NCBI GenBank assembly: GCA_043764595.1 | Contig: JAYUKI010000687.1 | Location: 1 to 48,548 of the forward strand | Source of the DNA: Myxococcales bacterium | GTDB lineage: Bacteria > Myxococcota_A > Polyangia > Polyangiales > Polyangiaceae | Direction: 5' to 3' | Length of the DNA stretch: 48,548 bases | Shown: piece after piece, positions 44,627-48,548 of the stretch | Numbering within the stretch: position 1 is the stretch's first letter | Layout of the letters: every line of letters starts with the position of its first letter | Translations under genes and position numbers: made by a program | Notes under the pieces: model-generated | What the model was told of the DNA's origin: nothing | Seen by the model: only the letters and a program-made list of their open reading frames with translations | The model's database searches: none

Positions 44627-45013
44627 CTAGCTCCCTGCCGCGAGACGCGAAACGAGGGCCTCGTCGCTGCCGGCCGAGGGCGCGCTGCCGAGGAGCTTCT
44701 GGTGCTCCGCGTAGGAATGCAGCGGAAAGCCTGTAAATCCTGGGACGACGTCGTACGCGTTGTCTCCGATGAGCATCGAGCCCTCGAGGAGCTCGGCGCC
44801 GAGCTCTTGGAGGAAGGCGACCGACTTCACCTTTCCGACGAGCTCGTTCACGTCTTCCGCGCCCGTGACCTCGGCGACCACGCGCACGGCCTCCGCGACG
44901 CGGTAGGTGCGTTTTTCCGAGATGACCGTGAGCTCTCCCGCGGCGAGCTCGATGCGGCCGTCGACGATCCACTCGTCCAAGGATTGCTGGGGGAAAAAGA
45001 TTCGGTTTTGCAT
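44627..45013 (-). CDS. Hypothetical protein (128 aa), first gene of the hemA cluster.
   Basis: Strong GC3 bias from ATG 45013 (MQNRIFFPQQSLDEWIVDGRIELAAGELTV...), but not upstream of it. The stop lies 4 nt before the next start. Confidence 0.5.
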   Translation of the reverse strand: MQNRIFFPQQSLDEWIVDGRIELAAGELTVISEKRTYRVAEAVRVVAEVTGAEDVNELVGKVKSVAFLQELGAELLEGSMLIGDNAYDVVPGFTGFPLHSYAEHQKLLGSAPSAGSDEALVSRLAAGS

Positions 45014-45284
45014 GATGCGGCGGATCTCCACCCGCGAAGGGCTTCGGAGCTCTGCGTTCGGTTCGCTGAAGAGTAACAAAATACCGGTCGTGTCGCGAGA
45101 TTCCCCGCGGCCTGGGCCGAGATGCTCGACCGCGGCGAAACCGCCTGGCTCGTCGGCCCGCGTCCTCTCCCAGGAAAACTCGCCGACCTCGCTTTCGGGA
45201 GATTTTTCGTGCCAGGTTGGTGTGAGTTTTTCGAAGAAAACCTCCCATTTTCGACCAACATCGGCGAGCCTTCGGTCCGCTTTC

Positions 45285-45917
45285 GTGTCGACTTCCCCGT
45301 TCGCCGTGTACGACGCCCTCGTGTCGCTTGCTGGCCACCCCTCGAACGAGCCGTGGCTGTCGTCGCTTCGCGAGGCCTTTTTTGCCCGCACGGGAGCGTT
45401 TTCGTCGGACGACCCTTGGTTCGAGCGGCGAACGCGTGCGTTCTGGGACGATGCCGTGACACGTGCGCCCGGTGGGCTGGGCGAGCGCTTCGCGCCGGAG
45501 CTCGGCCCGGAAGAAGCGAGGGTGGCGCGGAGCTTCGGTCGCGCGCACCGTGGGCTTTTTGTCCTCGAGCCGGAGGAGAGCCGCGTTCGTTTCGTGGACC
45601 TCGTGTCGGACGCCGTGTTTTGGGTCGAGGCCTTCGATTCGTCCACCAAGGCAGGCATTTTTCACCACGAAGGCGGCCTCTGCGATGCTCGGCTCGTCGC
45701 AAGCGCCGAAGGCGTCGTCGCCATGCTGCCGGGCGCTTTTTTTCATCCGCACGACGCCACGCCATCGGTGCGCAACGTTTTGGAAGAGGCCCGAGCGCGC
45801 GGCATGAGCACCCACGCCACGCTCGATACGCTTCTCGTGATGGAGCATCGCCTGTGCACGCTCTCGCGGGTGAAACCGAGCTTCGCCTATCGGCTCGGCC
45901 CCGAGAAGCCGCGCTGA
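45285..45917 (+). CDS. Hypothetical protein (about 210 aa).
   Basis: GC3 bias switches on at GTG 45285 (VSTSPFAVYDALVSLAGHPSNEPWL...). The overlapping minus-strand ORFs here are Arg/Ser-rich shadows. Confidence 0.5.
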   Translation: MSTSPFAVYDALVSLAGHPSNEPWLSSLREAFFARTGAFSSDDPWFERRTRAFWDDAVTRAPGGLGERFAPELGPEEARVARSFGRAHRGLFVLEPEESRVRFVDLVSDAVFWVEAFDSSTKAGIFHHEGGLCDARLVASAEGVVAMLPGAFFHPHDATPSVRNVLEEARARGMSTHATLDTLLVMEHRLCTLSRVKPSFAYRLGPEKPR

Positions 45918-46025
45918 AGCTCCAAGGGTGCCGGTTCACGCCGGCCGAGCACACTGTCGGGCTTTCGACCGATGGGCTCGACCTCGTAAAGGCTCCTTTG
46001 CCTGCCCGTGGCAGCGGTTTTTGCT

Positions 46026-46763
46026 ATGAGGCATCCCATGGCGCAGCCCATCGAGACCTTCACCGCGACCGTCGTTTCCCATCGCCCGCTCGCCCCCGGA
46101 GTTCGCGAGGTCACGTTCGAACGGGATGACGGCGCGCCGGTGGTCTTCGTCGCGGGGCAGTGGATGAACCTCGAGCTCGCCGAGAAGGTCGGCGAGCTAC
46201 GCCGCGCGTACAGCATTGCGTCTCCGCCGGATGGCACGGGTCGTTTCGAGCTCGCGGTCACGCGGGTCGAAGGCGGGCCGGGCTCGACCAAGCTGCACGC
46301 CATGGACGTGGGCGCCAAGGTGAGCGTCACGGGACCTCAAGGCATTTTCTACCGCAAAGAACGCGGACCGTCGCTCTTCGTGGCTACGGGAACGGGGTTC
46401 ACGCCGCTCCGAAGCATGCTGAAAGATGCTCTCGCGAAGGGGGACGATTCGCCGATGCGCCTCATCTTCGGAGTGCGCACTCCGGAAGATCGCATCTATG
46501 TCGACGAGCTTCGTGCGCTCGAAGAAAAGCACCCGAACTTTCGTGCATTCTTCACGCTTTCGCGCCCGCCGGCCGAAGGTTGGGACGGCCGCACGGGATA
46601 CGTCCAGACCCACGTTCGAGGGCTCTACGAGGAGCTCGCGAAGTCCGGGCGGACGAACGTCTACATCTGCGGGCTCCAAAAAATGGTGAGCGCCGTTCGA
46701 GACCTTCTTCGCAAAGAAATGGAGCTCGAGCGGCAGCAGGTCCACTCCGAGCGCTACGACTGA
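46026..46763 (+). CDS. Ferredoxin-NADP reductase-like FAD/NAD(P)-binding oxidoreductase.
   Basis: RRAYSIAS (RxYS FAD motif), GPGSTKL, FVATGTGFTPLRSM (NAD(P) motif), YICGLQKM. Start at 46008 (GTG), 46026 or 46038. Confidence 0.85.
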   Translation: MRHPMAQPIETFTATVVSHRPLAPGVREVTFERDDGAPVVFVAGQWMNLELAEKVGELRRAYSIASPPDGTGRFELAVTRVEGGPGSTKLHAMDVGAKVSVTGPQGIFYRKERGPSLFVATGTGFTPLRSMLKDALAKGDDSPMRLIFGVRTPEDRIYVDELRALEEKHPNFRAFFTLSRPPAEGWDGRTGYVQTHVRGLYEELAKSGRTNVYICGLQKMVSAVRDLLRKEMELERQQVHSERYD

Positions 46764-46910
46764 CCGGCGCTCGCATCCGAGCCGAGCGCTCGACGACAAG
46801 GGCCGTTTTACCCTGTTCGGGTGCTCTCGAGCCCAGGCCAGTCGCGTGGTCGAAGGCCTATCCCGCGAGCATTCTGCTCGACCTGCAGCCGTCGCCGGCT
46901 CGCCCCAGCT

Positions 46911-47070
46911 CTAGAGCGCCGAACCGCTTGATTCGGTCGGCTTTTCGCCGGTTTACGTCGCCGTCCTTCGTTGCTCCTCCTCGCCTAGCAGCAGTAGGAC
47001 GCGTCGTCGCGCCTCGCACGGCTCGCAACTCGGCGAAAATCCTCGGTCATCAAGCGGTTCGGCGCTCTAG
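46911..47070. mobile_element. MITE-like palindromic repeat element, copy B (160 bp), inverted relative to copy A.
   Basis: It has the same 22-bp TIRs (46911-46932 and 47049-47070). Its reverse complement matches copy A over the first 65 nt. It then carries about 8-nt and about 23-nt insertions and one substitution. Confidence 0.8.
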
Positions 47071-48470
47071 TAGCCCTTCCGCATGAAGACCTTGTCCCCG
47101 ACCTCGATCTCGCGTCGAGAGCTCGTGAAGATGCACATGCTGCTTTGTTTGCCGACCGTGACCACACGGAGCTCGCCAACGACTTCTTCGGGGAGCTTCT
47201 TCTCGTCGGTGGGCTTGGGGACGGCCTCGATGGCGGCGGGGGAGTCGTTCTCGAGGGCGATACGGGGCACGGCTTTTCGGTTCGTGAAGCTGTCGTGCCA
47301 GGCGTCGCCCTTCCGGAGAACGAAGAGCCGATTGCCCGGCTTGATCTTGGCGTCCTCGCCGTGGTCGATGAACACGACCTGCTCTTGGCCGTAGAAGCTA
47401 TGGGTGCGCACGCTGGCGACCACTTGGGCCGCGGCCTCCTCTTCGTTGCGGAGGGGCGGAACCACCTCGAACCGGCGCGTGATGGGACCGATTCGGGCTC
47501 CGCGCTCGATCACGTCGGTGGCTTCGACGATTCGGGCGCGCGCCGTGTGGTCTTTGGCGCGCCAATTGTCGACGCGTACGGTGCCTTGAATGCCGATGAT
47601 GTTCCCGCCGCGCACCGACTTTTGAGGGCGATATACGGTGAGGAGCTGTCCCTCTTTGACTTCACGGTTGTCGGCGAAACGGATGTAGACCTCGTCTCCT
47701 TCGGAGAGAAGCATCTTGTCCTCCGGCGAGCCGTTGATCTCACCCCAGTTCGAGGATTGGTCTTCGACGTACCCTTCGTTTCGAAGGAATATGGTCCCAG
47801 CCGGTACGGTTCGGGTGCGGTCGAGAAGTCCGGCAGACGGCCGGCCTCCACGTGGCTCCTCGGCGCCGAGACGGAGTCTCACCTGGTCGCCCGGGTAGAT
47901 CCAGTGGGGATTCTGGATTTCGGGATTGTACGACCAGATTCGAGGCCACTGATAGGGGTTTTGGAAGTACTCGTCGCAGATGTGCCAGAGCGTATCGCCA
48001 CGACGCACCGTGTGAATCTGGGCATTCGAGTTGCGGCTCATTCGTGTTCCGCCGAGCACGAACGAGCCATCCTCGCGGCCTCGGACCACGCCTCCGCCGG
48101 TGCTCTTCCCGAGGTCGAACCCGTCACGATCGTTGGGACCCGTGATGGGCTTCGAAGATGAGCCGGTAACGTTTCCGCCGCCCAGGTTTCCGCCTTCGGG
48201 AACGGGGGCTACGACGGAGTTCGGATAACCGGGCACGACGAACGTGGTGGACGTTCCTCCGCCCGTGGGAGCCGCGCCTCCTGCGCCTCCTGCGGCCGGG
48301 GCCGCGCCTCCACCGGCTGGGCCTGCCGCCGGAGCTGCGCCGCCGGCCGGACCTGCGCCGCCCGCTTGAGCGAGCGCTTGGTCGTCGAGGGTGACGAGCC
48401 CGAGGCCGACAAGGAGGGCAAAGAGGCGGGATTTCGCCGAGAAACCGGTGATACGGAAGGAGCGGGTCAT
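47067..48470 (-). CDS. LysM-domain protein with an N-terminal signal/TM segment and an Ala/Gly/Pro low-complexity region.
   Basis: LysM: IHTVRRGDTLWHICDEYFQNPYQWPRIWSYNPEIQNPHWIYPGDQVRL. N-terminus: SRLFALLVGLGLVTL. The TAG stop (47069-47067) lies inside the terminal CTAG of repeat copy B. Confidence 0.8.
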   Translation of the reverse strand: MTRSFRITGFSAKSRLFALLVGLGLVTLDDQALAQAGGAGPAGGAAPAAGPAGGGAAPAAGGAGGAAPTGGGTSTTFVVPGYPNSVVAPVPEGGNLGGGNVTGSSSKPITGPNDRDGFDLGKSTGGGVVRGREDGSFVLGGTRMSRNSNAQIHTVRRGDTLWHICDEYFQNPYQWPRIWSYNPEIQNPHWIYPGDQVRLRLGAEEPRGGRPSAGLLDRTRTVPAGTIFLRNEGYVEDQSSNWGEINGSPEDKMLLSEGDEVYIRFADNREVKEGQLLTVYRPQKSVRGGNIIGIQGTVRVDNWRAKDHTARARIVEATDVIERGARIGPITRRFEVVPPLRNEEEAAAQVVASVRTHSFYGQEQVVFIDHGEDAKIKPGNRLFVLRKGDAWHDSFTNRKAVPRIALENDSPAAIEAVPKPTDEKKLPEEVVGELRVVTVGKQSSMCIFTSSRREIEVGDKVFMRKGY

Positions 48471-48548
48471 TGGACGTCCTTGGGCCTGTCGTGCCCACGG
48501 TCAGAGGATTTGCGTGCGCGGCGCTTGGCCGCGTCGCTCTTCGGGAAA

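Noticed and set aside
44619-45954. ORFs 44619..45848 (-), 44848..45954 (-), the 5' part of 44907..45917 (+) and the 5' part of 44627..45658 (-).
   Set aside because: GC3 periodicity supports only 44627..45013 (-) and 45285..45917 (+). The rest is Ser/Arg-rich, and the stretch between them has lower GC and looks like a divergent promoter region.
48501-48548. Possible 3' end of another minus-strand gene (FPEERRGQAPRTQIL-stop) at the right edge of the window.
   Set aside because: Only 15 codons are visible, which is not enough to support a call.

Overview
High-GC chromosomal segment, roughly two-thirds G+C by eye. It is densely coded on both strands and shows the usual high-GC artefact of long shadow ORFs in alternative frames. 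I call 45 protein-coding genes: one runs off the left edge and one is a speculative small ORF. I found no rRNA, tRNA, CRISPR array, transposase, integrase or phage gene. The gene content is envelope, lipid and transport housekeeping:
- a P2-type P-type ATPase and a papain-like lipoprotein protease;
- two PlsC-superfamily acyltransferases, an acyltransferase_3 protein and a START-domain protein;
- an MscS channel fused to a cNMP-binding domain, a sulfatase-fold enzyme and CorA;
- an OMF-MFP-RND heavy-metal-type efflux operon, divergent from a histidine kinase and a LuxR-type response regulator;
- hemA coupled to a CcsA/HemX-like membrane protein, an FNR-like reductase and a LysM protein;
- many lipobox lipoproteins of unknown function.
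The lipoprotein density, N-terminal zinc ribbons and a Cys-rich CxDxNxCT tail suggest a Myxococcota-like source, but this is inference only. The clearest signal not explained by genes is a MITE-like palindromic element with 22-bp perfect terminal inverted repeats. It occurs twice, in opposite orientations and with internal indels (40538-40666, 129 bp; 46911-47070, 160 bp). In both copies the terminal CTAG supplies the TAG stop codon of the flanking gene. A possible degenerate relic lies at 36528-36563. I see no recognisable canonical defence system. The best candidates for undescribed function are:
- a tightly packed five-gene minus-strand cluster at 23602-19276 (zinc-ribbon/PAS sensor, CN-hydrolase, membrane protein, wHTH-DUF2071 fusion, SDR);
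- a DUF4013 / divergent acyltransferase / truncated sugar-dehydrogenase / methyltransferase neighbourhood at 35431-40316;
- a small ORF overlapping the TTG start of the P-type ATPase.
All functional calls rest on motifs I recognised in the translations. No database search was run.
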